Both the position numbers and the translations under genes were made by a program. Of a stretch of 64,000 nt of DNA, positions 1 through 12,241 are shown piece after piece. Every line of letters starts with the position of its first letter. Position 1 is the first letter of the stretch. This DNA comes from Balanoglossus misakiensis (taxonomy: Eukaryota; Animalia; Hemichordata), in the NCBI GenBank assembly GCA_040954595.2, contig CM082578.2, positions 14,926,998-14,990,997 of the forward strand. The letters are read 5' to 3'. Below the pieces are notes generated by a model that ran no database searches, was not told the origin of the DNA, and saw only the letters and a list, made by a program, of their open reading frames with translations.

Positions 1-18
1 AAAATGTACATGTATTAC

Positions 19-341
19 CAAAAGTTTGGAATATGAATTTTGCTTGTGAAATTCGGAAGACGTACGGCTTGGGATACAAGGAAGCTGCTAGCTGCGTGGT
101 TCCGGGTGATTAGATCAAGCGTGTTGGTTGTTACATATGTTGGCCTGGCTGTTCGTCTACTGTTGAGATATGCACGAGACGTTGAGCATCGTATTCTGCA
201 TCTGCAAGTGGCAGATTTGCGTCTAAAATAACAGTAAATGAACTGCAGTTGCTGGTCCCTCTCACCTCACCTGTCCCCAGCCGGACTTTGATGCATGTCG
301 CCTGTCGATGAGTGTACTGGTATATATAGACGTAACGTCAT
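19..341 (-). CDS. Possible first two coding exons of an unidentified gene running off the left edge
   Basis: ATG at 341; exon 271-341 ends AG|gtgag; ttttag acceptor; exon 19-222 is open in the compatible phase (RKSATCRCRIRCSTSRAYLNSRR...). The implied intron is only 48 nt and no homology was recognised. Confidence 0.25.
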
Positions 342-404
342 GATAAAATTTCCTCCAATCGGACTCCCGCGCCATATGCAATATATGATCTGATTATATG
401 CAAA

Positions 405-475
405 TGTTCGATTCCCAGAAATCCTCGCTCTCGCGATTCCCAGAAATCATTACAAGTTTTGCCTTCTTGGAAGCG
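405..475. promoter_or_regulatory. Promoter-like motif cluster (2x GATTCCCAGAAATC, ZNF143/STAT-like; TCTCGCGA BANP-like)
   Basis: Direct repeat gattcccagaaatc at ~410 and ~435, TTCTTGGAA at ~465, CpG-rich; lies just upstream of the candidate minus-strand ATG. Confidence 0.35.
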
Positions 476-1082
476 AAGAAGCCCATCATTTTCGATTTAC
501 CTAGCTTCTCTTACTACACAAACACAATATGTGTGTTGTTTCAAGGTTACTGTAGATTAATTGACGTTTATTTCGTTATTAGAATTGGGGACAATGTAGA
601 TCATCCGTTACAAAAAGGAAGACACAACCAATAGGCCTAAGTAGGCCTAAGTACCCAGTTGCCAAAATGGACAGACATTTAAACGCAATCAAACAAAAAC
701 TTCTTCAAAAACTACAAGACGTACACGGTGACGTATTATTTTTTACTCATGAGCTTACAGTTGATATGAGTGACTTTGATTACAGTGTGCTGGATATAAA
801 TTCCACCTGACTCCATTCCATCCTGTTCCAGTTTAATGTATAACTACAGCATGAAACTGTATTATGTAGTAATGCAACTATAAATTCTGCAATTTTCGCT
901 GGTTCATTGCCAGTAACATACTTTAAACAGTGTTTCACACATGATGATACTTTTGCACCAAATTTATACAGGTTTCCTGATCTGCTGTCGTGTGATATTG
1001 ATTATTTTACAGGTGAAAAGAATGCAACATTTAAAAAAATTGTAATGTCTGGATTTGGTGCCACATCTAGCGCTATTCATTT

Positions 1083-4000
1083 TCAACTGGTAACAGTATC
1101 CATTACTGCGAATCCAGTTACTCCAATTAACTCTTTACAATGCAAGACGACCACAAGTTTTCTCTTTCCACTTCTCGTTGGAGTGAGGGCTACGACAACC
1201 CTGGCCGTTTTCTTGGGCTGAATATTCCTGTAAGTTGAGTAGAAGGCAATTACACAATATTAGAGAATCTATCCTTGTAGGGGAGATTGTCATTTACATT
1301 TTCATATTAGCAACTGATTTCCTCCGTGTGATTTAAAATGCATCACCCTAGAGCTTTAGAAGTATATACATGTACTAGTAGTCACCTGTATAGACCTGTA
1401 CAGTTACTATGGATACTGGACATCTCGCCAATCACATAATTTCACTGGGGGGAACGCGTCAGAGAAGATCACTCAGACGTCCTCAAGCACACCGTGTACT
1501 AAGGTCCCCTATTATGTCTTTTTTTCTTACCCGTGCGATATAGTTTTGGTCTTTTGTATTCCCGGACCTTCCAGAGTATATCTGACATTGGTTAGCGGTT
1601 TATCCAGCGGATTGGTAAACTCGATTGATACGGAAAATTGCTGTCCTACTCTCGGTTTGGTGGCGCCCTGCAATTAGATCATCATCTTCAACTTGTGTTG
1701 AACGAATGCCTCGCAACAAGGTCATACCAGAACAAATTTGTGCTTAGTTTTCTGACTAAACAGGGAACGCGTGTGGTCACAGCGTTCTGTTCCAAATGTG
1801 AAGATTGTTTTCAGGGTTCAGAAAGGCCACTATTTCTTCTTACTTTGACATTGATTTCCAGAGTAGGCGGTGTCAGAGAGAAGTCATCTTGTTCAGCAAA
1901 TACCTCCTTCGTCTTTTCGATTTGACCGATCAGATAGATCTTCATGGTGGCATGTTCAGGCAACAAATCTGCGTAGTCTAAGTAACTAATATGAAGGCTT
2001 CGTTCAGTTGCTGTGAAAACCAAACGGACGATGAAGCGTAAGAAAGACTTCTTGTGACTCTGTTATCTTGTGGTGAAAGTTTTCTGGTAGGAATAGGAAC
2101 ATTGGGGAACCTTTGAGAAAGCCACTAATTGTAATATCCATCGTGTTCAGTGTGCACTGTAGGCCTAAAACTAGATAAAAATTTCAACGATCTACAATAT
2201 TTTATGGGGTCACATAAAATGAAACATATATCCGCCAAATTGGCCAAAGTTGCAATGATTGCAATTTCGTGACCCATTTGGCTTAGGCGCCTATGTGAAT
2301 TGGAGAAAATACCGCTGGTTACCAAGTGAAAAGCAAAGGTTGGTGACCTTGCGGGTCAGGCTTTTTTATGTACATTGTACTCACTTGCATCGGGCTCAAT
2401 GACAACGTTATCGAAGCGGTCTTTCTGACAACGTCTGATGATAATGCCTGTGTAATGACAAGCGTGACACGAAACGTACAGGTGAGAGACGATGCAAGTA
2501 TCTGCGCCCTCATTGGTTAGTTTGACCGTGACGTCAAAGTTGTCGCCAATCTTTACACCCTCTTTCACAACCACTTCGCACTTGATGGCATAGTCTGCTT
2601 TGTCCGCGATGTAAGTTTCGGGCTTGCTGCCATGGCTACACGCTAGCTGTACAGCGAGTCGCTCTTCAGTCGATCCTACAAAGTTTCAGAAAAAACACGA
2701 AAATAGTTGATCAAATGAAAAGTCATCGAATAGCAATCAAGGGAAAATTTTAACCAAACTAACAAAACTGTTAATGCAGACTATATGCACACTATTGGAC
2801 TAGTAATACATTTCTTGTGGTAAGGTGTAAATATAAAGATCAAACTGGTTTTCTATAAAGCTGTTATTTTATTTTGAGAGATATAGACCAACTCACATAT
2901 TACATGTAATCCTTCTCTATGTAATAGTATATTTTCAAATACGAGTATGTTTTAGATGACTTAAATCTAGCAGTCATTTGAATACCGACTATGGTTATAC
3001 CTTCAGGAAACTTGTAGAGGTCGGTGATATTTTCATATTTGTCTTCACCAACAGCTTTGGTAAGGATCATTTTCCCAATGCGGTGACATTCAACGTACAC
3101 CCTTCTCTTGCTAATGACTTGGTCGTTTACAACTTCGGCCTGCCAGTGCACCTTGTCAGCATTCACCTCAGCGAATGCGAATTCAGTGTCGTAGTTGTAA
3201 TAGACCAGCCCGGTCTTGATCGCCGTCAACGACGCAGGGCCCGTCTGATACACACCTACAAAATATAACAAAAAATAGGCCTACATTAAGCTATAGGCTT
3301 TATTTATCGAGACATAAACTATTGATATGACAGTTTAAGCCTACCGTCGCTTGTTTCTTGTGGCGTTCCATCGACCAGTTGCCAACCGCCGTGTCCTATG
3401 GGCAAGTCAGGCCTGGTCATCCAACACTCATTCCAAACATGGAAGTTCCTATAGAATTATAATAAACTGTTATTTCATTCTGACTTCGGTTTACATTTTT
3501 TGAGGCTCTGCTAGTTTTACTTTTACCAGTTTACATGATGAATATTCCCCCAAACGACCAGTTCTGTTGTCTTCATTGATTTTTTTTTTCACTCTATGGT
3601 AAATGTACTAGAGGCACACTGTATGTGTCCCTTGATTAGTACTATAACATTCCACACATTCAGTTTGAATATGTTAATACTATGGAAAATGCGGCTGTTT
3701 CTGAACATACCATACGGAGTCTGAATTCCAGTCACTGATGGGGTCCATATTTTGGTCCCAGTAAGTATCGATGGTCATACTACAATCTTTATCGTGAGCC
3801 GATGAAAAGTTCGTCACACTGCGGGTCGGTATACCAAGGCATCTTAAAACTGGTTTGAGAGAAAATGAAGCAAGCACAATCGTTTGGTTGTACATGTACG
3901 TTGATATCACAAGAAGTCGACGAAAGGGGGGAGGGGTTATTTCTTGGTTGAGAGGGGCACTTAAAGTTAGTTTTCCTTTCCTGATACCCACTCCTCATTT

Positions 4001-7000
4001 CAACTCTGTTGTCCGTCTGCATAGTTGCTTTCTGTGAGCAAATGGAGGGGAATACATGAACATCTACTCCCTTAACGAGGTACGAATCCCCAAAGATCCA
4101 TTGCCGTCTTCTTTACTATGACCCAAACAATATCAAAAAGTCTGACACAATAATCGAAAACCAGTATCATGCCATTTACCCGATGTGGTGACGCCGGAGA
4201 AAACCCAACACTGTCCAAAACGTACTGGTTGTTTGGACCCCATGTATGCTTTCAGAATAGCCACGCTGCCGACCCATTCAGCCGGTCTAACACCACCAAT
4301 ATAATCCCCAGACCAATTACCGCAAAGTACACCATCGTCATCAAGGGAATTAACCTACATATATAAGAAAAGTAAATGAAATGCTATATTTAACGTGTGG
4401 GTATAGTGAGATAATTACATTTAAAGGGTAGCAATTTGTTTCAAATGTTCAGAAGAGCAAGACAAGTTCAGAAATGTACATTACCAACGCGGAGATTCGT
4501 CTGACGACTTTCACTGGATTTGAACGACCTTGGACTCCAAGTGCAGCTTCCAGCAGACATACGGCAGCATCCAGTATTCCATATTCAAACTGAAAAAAAT
4601 GACGTGTCTTTCAGGAAAAAAGGCCTAACAGAAAATATAAACACAAATTGAGCAAACCTGTGAACTTTGGTAGCGAAGACATTAAATCTTCTTACCTGTC
4701 CGAAGTTCCAAGGTCTAGCAGACGGATTCTTATGCGACCCCACGTAGATAAATCCTGTGTCGTTCAATACAAACTCTTCAAGTAAGTGGTCACTTTTCAA
4801 ATAGACACCGTCATCTATACGTAAATCGAAATGTATTTCACGGTATTATACATTTTGCGTACAGTAAAAGTGAGTATAGACAACAGAGTAACGACAGGTT
4901 ATGCAATATAATTTTCCCATGGATATCGAGTGATTTTCATTTACCTTCACACCAGGGATTGAACAGAAAATACACCGGCGTTTCTCTCCACAGGGTGATG
5001 AGTTCCCCGAGGGTCGGGTCATCTCTCCTGGTGTTTGCAGTTATCTGTAAGGCGCATTTGCCAACTATGGCGTTCGCAGGTGATGTCACGACCAGAGACA
5101 CTGTGCCGCCATCTTGCTTCAGAACCCTCACTTCCCATTTGCCATCTTCACCATTGAATGGTACACGAATGAGGGTGTCTTTGGTTACGCACGGACTATC
5201 TCCTGGAGATTCGCCAACAAATAAGAAATTCGTCAACTGAATGCTAAATATATCGCATTCCAAAGCAAGTTGTAGTATTCATATAATGAGAGGTGAAATA
5301 CCATATTTCATTAAGGAAGTCACTGGTCTCGACAATCACTTTCGACACCACTATGCACTATCCTACTGATCACTCGTCAAATGTCAAAAGTATACACTGT
5401 GAATGCATTAACGTGACATAAATGTTGTCTAGGGTCAGATTTTATGCCTCTTTAGAGAAAACACATTAAATGCAACTTTAATAGCTGCCCTAGCCTGGGA
5501 TCACTGTAGCTTAGTTGAGTGGAGATGGAGACACGAAGTTTATTGCGTAAAATTGTGATATCAAATACGTTTAACTATCTTACTTTGCCCTGGACTGTTA
5601 TGCTTACGTCTTAGTACGGAGGGTTTGTGATTTGTATTGGCGTTTTAAAAGGAAAAGCTCAATGAACAAATGTAACGAGGTTAGCACCTTCTTGGTGCGT
5701 GTTGATTGATACGTCATATGGCAAGAGTTACAGAAGATTAAAATGTCGTTTAGTTTCAGTGGTATACATCTGCGGGATGACCCTTGTTTCCTGCAAGAGT
5801 ACATATGACGTCGTGTAGGCAACTAACGGCCATGTTCGTATCAAGATACTCCTGTACCATGATTGCCAATATGATGGACTTACCAAAATGTATTTCTAGA
5901 TTGACCTTGTCCTCGCTGAGATCCACATTTCGATCGAACTCCACCGTCACCTCAAATGATTGACCTCTTCTGAGAATTAAACCATGCCCTTCGTAGTCCA
6001 GTGTGTGATGAGCTTCGCGATTTTCGGAGATTCTCAAATCGACCGACAGTACAACTGGTGCTAGCCTGAGGTCGTCTGTAAATATGGTTGCCATTTTCAT
6101 TAGAAGTTATTTTTAGAACCATAGTGAGCGATATTTTAAAATGTAATACTTATGTACAGGGAACTAACTACTGGTTACCACAATTTACATTTATTTTATA
6201 TTTGACTTAAGAATATTTCTCAACGCATTGGGATTCCTCAATTAAAGTACAAGTATTCTGGCTTGTAAGCATGACCTCGGGTGTCAATTTCGGAATTTCG
6301 TGCTATATTGATTGCCTAGATTTACATGAGGTATATTTTTGACTACATGTACCTATAAATAGATGTACGGGAGTATTATGATATATATTATTGAACTGGT
6401 GGATAACGACAGGTGTTATTTGGGAGTAAAACATGTTAGTATTAGTACTTATTATTAGTAAAGTCACAACTATAACCCCGTGTGTCGTCAGGGCAAATTT
6501 CACGAATGTGGACAAGGTCACAACTTAAAGAATACCAGGAAACAAAAATATGGTCAAAATAATTCCTTCATACAGTTTGTGAGAAAATTGCCGAGCCGAT
6601 GGTGTTTGTCGTACCGTCTCCAAACTAACAATGTTTGATGAGAAACTTGAGGTAGCAGTTATCAACTCCTGTGTACATAATGGCAAAACATACTTATATA
6701 TGCTATATTTACGTACACTGTGAAATGGAGCAAAATGGTGTGCATGTATATATGGTAGCGTTGAGGAAGTGAAATGCTCATAAATTTTCACGAATTTCAT
6801 GTAGGCTCTACGCCAAACGGCTTGCATTTTTTTTCCGACTGACATCATAACTACACATCGGCAGACATCAGCAGTCGCTTACACACGTTTCCTACCCTTT
6901 TCAGATAGCCGCTTCCGTACCCACAACCAGAAATCCCGGAAAGCCCAGAGAAAGGAAAACCGTTCGTCTCCTCTGTCAGCTGTTAGTGCCACAGGCAGTT

Positions 7001-7073
7001 CAGCACGGCGTCCTGGCACTGGAATGTTTCTTCGCACGCATTCCTCTCTTCTGTTTGTAGAAACGTTTGACAT
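1083..7073 (-). CDS. Protein-glutamine gamma-glutamyltransferase (transglutaminase), about 13 exons
   Basis: Spliced exons give [30 protein letters not shown] (catalytic Cys, exon 4180-4354), NFHVWNE (His), [12 protein letters not shown] (Asp), YKFPEGS and two C-terminal beta-barrels. Phases are consistent; stop TGA at 1083-1085. Start is either 7073 (via exon 6896-7073) or 6100. Confidence 0.95.
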
Positions 7074-8214
7074 GGCAGACCTTGCAATGGATCGGTTCCT
7101 TATAGGACCAGAATAACCTTTAAATCTCACGATCTAAATAGGGGAGTACGTAATTTTCCGACCAACAGCAGACGGTCGCTTCAAGCGTATACTGATCGAT
7201 TCTTTCGACACAACTCTGACTTGACTTACAGTTAGACAACTTGTCTGTCATATACCCTACCAGGACCGAACAAAGTTCACTGACCCAGACAAATCTATCA
7301 AATTTCAAGGTATTTATAGAGCCACTCTTGCTGCCATGGTTACAGAAAATCAGAAACCGCTTTTGTCCGACAGCGGGTATGCAATTTAAAATTACAATTC
7401 CCAGATATACATATTATTGTACGAAGTATCATATTTGACCTTTAAACTGTATGCATGACAAATATGCTATGTATTCCATTACGTCATTGACATGAGACTT
7501 TCTCGAGTAGGTATACTTTTTCTTATTCACTCCTTAGCTCAGAGGTTGACGGCAAGATGTATATAATTCTGTAGGCCATATTAAGCACTATATGATCACT
7601 AACGATGACGATCGAAAACCTTTGGCTAAGTGGCTATTTCGAATTATGGTGGTAGTCTTGCTCCAAGTATGTGATCTGTAATTATGTCGGAAATATAAAA
7701 AAAGTACAAGGCTTAAAAGCATTATTGGAATTTGGAGTGAGCGCGGGCCGAGAAGTATCTAAAGTCCAGCCAAAGCAAATAGTCGAAACTTTGGCGAACG
7801 ATACGAAGGGTTGCATAGAGACAAATTGAAAGTGACATGAATTACACACTCAAAACCACAAAACATACGCCAAGCGACCAGTGAGCTAGTATATGAAGGT
7901 GTGGTGATAGCGCATTTAGATTTCGTGTTTTTCCTTCGCATTTGTTCACTCATGATGCAGTGTAATTCCCTATGTCCCTTTTGGTGTGTACCCGCGGCCA
8001 TTTTATTGTCTTGAAATTACTTTTACTATATGTTGTGGTTTTTTAATAAAACTATTCCTTTATCTTTCTTCGCTTGTTGGATGCAGTGCATTTTGGGTGA
8101 AAAATGGTGTATGATGTTCTGCACACTAATGCAAAGTGAACAGTCGGCTGGTGGAGCATGTACTCCCGTTTTATTGAGTCATACACATGCATGCATGTAT
8201 ACTTTTGTGTGTTA

Positions 8215-8293
8215 CAGAGCGAGAGAGAGACACAGAGAGAGAGAGACAGACAGAGACAGTCAGTCAGTCAGACAGAAAGACAGACAGACAGAC
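8215..8293 (+). repeat. (GA)n/(CAGA)n compound microsatellite
   Basis: gagagagagacacagagagagagagacagacagagacagtcagtcagtcagacag... Confidence 0.9.
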
Positions 8294-8923
8294 GTGCATC
8301 AGCACACGAGCTCGAACATTGGTGCTCGGTGTGGCCACTGTCATTTCATAACAGGTGTGGTGGGTCTAAGATTGATGTGCACATTGATTCATATTAGTCC
8401 ATATTTGAAGCAGTTGTTTTCCGAACACGTAAAAACGACCGAAATGTACACTTGCAAGATCATGATCCTCTATCTCGGGTTCGGCGATTCTTGTTTGCAT
8501 TTTAAGTGCGGCGTCGGCAATATAATGATTGCGTTCATGCATTGAAAGACAGACAAATGACCGGGCATATGACACAGACAATTGGAGGCCCCGCCGAAAT
8601 AACACTCATATGCCAGAAATAAAATGTAATATTTTGCTGCAAAAGTGACAGAAACCAGTCAGAGTGCCGCCACGCCCAAGCACCTAATGGAATCGCTTTA
8701 TTTAGAAAGTAGTCTCGTCATGTGCCTAAATGTCATTATGCGCCAGGCATTATAATCGCGTTGCTACCTGCCGTTCATTGCGCACCGGCGCGTCCAGGGA
8801 AACCGATTAATGCAAAGCGCGCGCGTCTGTCAACCTATCGATCGACAATCAGCGTCACAGTGACTTAATTTTCATTATCGTGTAGCTTACTGTTACAGAG
8901 AATCACAGAAAGGAGACGTTGCA

Positions 8924-9406
8924 ATGGCTGCCGTTGCTGGTGCACCTTTACCCAGTTATCTACGGTTTGCTTTTTACGGCCTGCACGGTTTCTTTGACGA
9001 AATCGTCTTCACTGCTGTGTACGACTATATTTTTCTGAAACCGGACCCTCGTCTGATTGGATACACCTCGCTGTACTCGTTTCTGATCTATGGTTTGTGC
9101 AGTTTCATGGTGGAGCGTCTGTATGTATATCTGTGGTATAAACACAAAGTTCCTACACCGGTCCGGGTGACAATGTACCTGTTCATTGTTTATGCGTGGG
9201 AGTTCACATGCGGCCTCATGTTACGTCAATTCGGGGCCTGTTCGTGGGATTACAGTGACAGAGCGCTGAACGTAATGGGATTGATAACATTCACCTATCT
9301 ACCTGGTTGGGCCTTGCTTGCTTATTGGCAGGATATCATAGCGGAGTTCCTGTTGAGTTTGAGATGCCTACCGTCAATCCAACCTATACATAACAAGTTG
9401 CATTGA
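8924..9406 (+). CDS. TMEM229B: TMEM229B-like membrane protein, copy 1 (intronless CDS)
   Basis: 160 aa with YGLHGFFDEIVFTA, GYTSLYSF, YAWEFTCG, CSWDYS and GLITFTY motifs of the TMEM229 family. Confidence 0.85.
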   Translation: MAAVAGAPLPSYLRFAFYGLHGFFDEIVFTAVYDYIFLKPDPRLIGYTSLYSFLIYGLCSFMVERLYVYLWYKHKVPTPVRVTMYLFIVYAWEFTCGLMLRQFGACSWDYSDRALNVMGLITFTYLPGWALLAYWQDIIAEFLLSLRCLPSIQPIHNKLH

Positions 9407-10726
9407 TGAAAGCCCGTCATAGAAATGAAACGTCGCTATTGCTGCATGTGGTAACCTATGGCACAGTCGTTTGTTTACTGGGTAGTCACACCGGCTGTCC
9501 GACCGGCGTATGTCATAGAAAAAGACAAAGCAAGTCTGCCCCAGAGTGACCACTAAGAAAACAAACGACCGTGGCTTGTGGGTCTTACGACTGAACTGTA
9601 GGCCTACATACAAGATTTCACCCCTAGCAGCTGGACGCATACTAGGCATACATGATGATAGAGACGATCTCGCCACTGGCAATGACATTGGCATGTTGGC
9701 AACTGGTCAATGGCACTGAGAATATCGATCCACCTTCTGCTATTCAGCCACTCTAATAGTAACCCGTGGTTTACAGCATCTTGCCATCGATTCAACGATA
9801 GTTTGTGAACAGTAGTGTTTTCCTCTCCTGGCCCTCGCCAGGTAGGTCTGCCATATGTGGACTGCTGCAGGTGTGGGCGGTACTACCAGCAGTCTTTTCA
9901 AAAGCTCTTCATCACTCAATTTAATTTCGGATATGCATAATGCAAGTTTTGATGGTATGGCAACTCTGTTAATGATATAACGGACATTAATTTTCACTAT
10001 TCTTTTTTTAATTGTTAATGATATTGATAAACTGAAACAGGCACTGGTACGCCTATGTCATGTCGCCAAACGTGAATCGCTATTAGCCAAGATATAATTA
10101 AATAAACCAGACCAAAGTAAATATAGAGGCAAAATGGCGGCACCTTTATGCACAAACAGTTGACATGCGTGCAAGTGTTTGTCGATATTTCAATTAATTA
10201 TCCAAAAATACGCGTACATGTAGCTGTTAGACAATGGCCGTTGGTCGCGGACGCCGATGCAATACACAGGATCCTTAGGCCTACAACATGCCCGAACCAA
10301 AAAAGGCCTATAGTCATTAGATTTCTTGCACGCAATTTTGGAGCAATCACTTTAGCTATGCAATTTAAACGATTATCTATTGTGTTTTTGTCTTTAATTA
10401 TAAGATTTTGAGAACACATAGCAATAAATAATCATGACGTCATAGACTTTTCACTACACCTTTCCAGTATTGTTCTTTGCTTTACGTCCACGTATTTAAA
10501 TTATGTGTGGATGAACCCATTCATTGGGAAATAAGTGTGGTATAATAAAACTTATCGTCAATTGTAAATTTGTTTCATGGAAACGTTTCCTGATATATCG
10601 GTTCAGGTTTGGTATTTTTTATGAAGTTGTACCCATGGTTCACATTTCTCAGATTTGTTAACAAAGCCTTCGCTTTACTATTCACCAATAATTGTATCAG
10701 TAAGTTGCAAATTAATTTAGTATTAA

Positions 10727-11158
10727 TTAAGACTGGTGAGGGAAAAACAGTTGCTAGGTGCTCTTTTTCATTTCAGTTATTGATTTACTTCACATGAAAT
10801 CAGGTATAAGAGTACAGCGTCGAATCGCACAAATTGATTTCAAGGCCCATATTTGTCGAGGTGGGCATTTCTATAGATACACAAAAACAGACCTCTTCCG
10901 GTGCGCGGAGTTGTTTATTGCGAAACAAAGTGATTTTTAGATAAGATTGTTTAAGCAAATTTCGGCAATGGTAATATATCATTCAATGCAAATCTCAACA
11001 AAATTTACAGAAAGTCGAAGAAAGAAAGTAGGGTGAATTTTGAACGTAAATCATTCTGCTCTTCCAAAACCATTGTGCATGATTAGAAACAACATGGAGG
11101 TACATTTTCGTATCTCCATGGAAACACTGAGAAGGATAAATGTTCTCACTGGTTTTAA
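10727..11158. mobile_element. Possible degenerate non-autonomous DNA transposon (TTAA-flanked, Kolobok-like)
   Basis: ttaa|gactggtgag ... ctcactggtt|ttaa: imperfect terminal inverted repeat (7/10) inside TTAA sites. Confidence 0.25.
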
Positions 11159-11770
11159 ATGACATTTTGTTTCAACACCAAAGCCTACTGAAATCTTACT
11201 ACATGTATTACTATGCGTATTTTGTGTTAATGTGTAATTTTAACTAATATTAAACAGGGTGACAGTGTGTTTTACATGTTTTCTATTGATAGTGCTGTAC
11301 TGATTGACTTTGGTTTCTAGTAAAGACATTTCATTTAAGATGGCGTGAAAGAGATTGTTTTACGATTAGTTTTAGTAATTCCATATTTGACTGTTAAATG
11401 TCTATGCAATGCTAGCTGTTGTGCAATTCAATGCAATATTTCAGATTTTACCATATTGTCTTTCACAGATATTCAATTCAATAGAAAGAATTTTATAGAC
11501 TGATTAGCGATTCATATGTCATTAGAAATATCACGTAGTAATGTGACTCGTGTAATAAAGATTAGAGATGTTGATCGAATAAAGAGAGGCGGTACAAATG
11601 ACAATGTTCTCCTTTCCTTTCAGTGTTGACAAATTTAGTGTGATTAGATAACACACCCGGTATATATATTCGTATATACATTCGATCCAGTTCTAATTGT
11701 TTCAAGCAAATTGACGCTGTAAAACGGGACACGAATCTAACAATAACTTGATCATTCCCTAACTCAGAAA

Positions 11771-12240
11771 ATGCGAGAAGGTGCCAAAGAGCCCGGCCAA
11801 AGGGTCAGTCAAGAGGAGTCGCTTTTTCATCGGTATACATATTGACAGGTTTGCCAGTCAGTGGGAACCAGCCTACAATAACCATGACAACGAAGAGTGG
11901 GTCGGAGATCCATGGTAGTCTGCTGCCCTGCCCCATTCCCACCGCTGGCTGCGCTGCGCTTTGGGGCCGGGGGTGCAGAACCAGACCAGGATCCTCGGGT
12001 TGAACCCGTAATACGGTATGGTATTGATGTAAAATCGGTCTGGTCCCCTTTCTCAGACTAGGTTTAAATGGTTTACAGTGGGTTTTGGGTATATACTGGC
12101 AGCTAGCGCAGCCACACACTCACACCATGTCGAACCACACGTACCACCCCCGGGCTCGACCCATTGGACATATAGCAACGCGACGTGGTGGCTTTGATAT
12201 CCATACTTCCTTCTATCAAAGCCGGGTGAAGCGTCAATGA
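11771..12240 (+). other. GC-rich structured leader with three uORFs upstream of TMEM229 copy 2
   Basis: Several perfect 7-10 bp helices; uORFs at 11771-11845, 11884-12003 and 12127-12240; TATA-like tatatata at ~11661. Confidence 0.45.
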
Positions 12241-12241
12241 A

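Noticed and set aside
8030-8545. 171-aa ORF
   Set aside because: Runs through a microsatellite; no recognisable domain or splice logic.
9404-9409. Stop-codon readthrough at TGA TGA
   Set aside because: Tandem stops and no CTAG context argue against readthrough.
11780-12165. RNase P/MRP RNA (TCAGACTA and ACCAC..GGGCTC similarities)
   Set aside because: No CR-I GGAA/GAAAG-type P4 5' strand in the right place.
11750-12175. Telomerase RNA: CCCTAACTCAGAA, a U-tract at 11823, CGAAGAGTGGG at 11891 and a terminal ACA resemble vertebrate TR pieces
   Set aside because: The template match is only 7 nt; there is no convincing P3/A-rich triple-helix strand; the P6.1 stem cannot form; spacing is wrong. 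A covariance-model search would still be a cheap final test.
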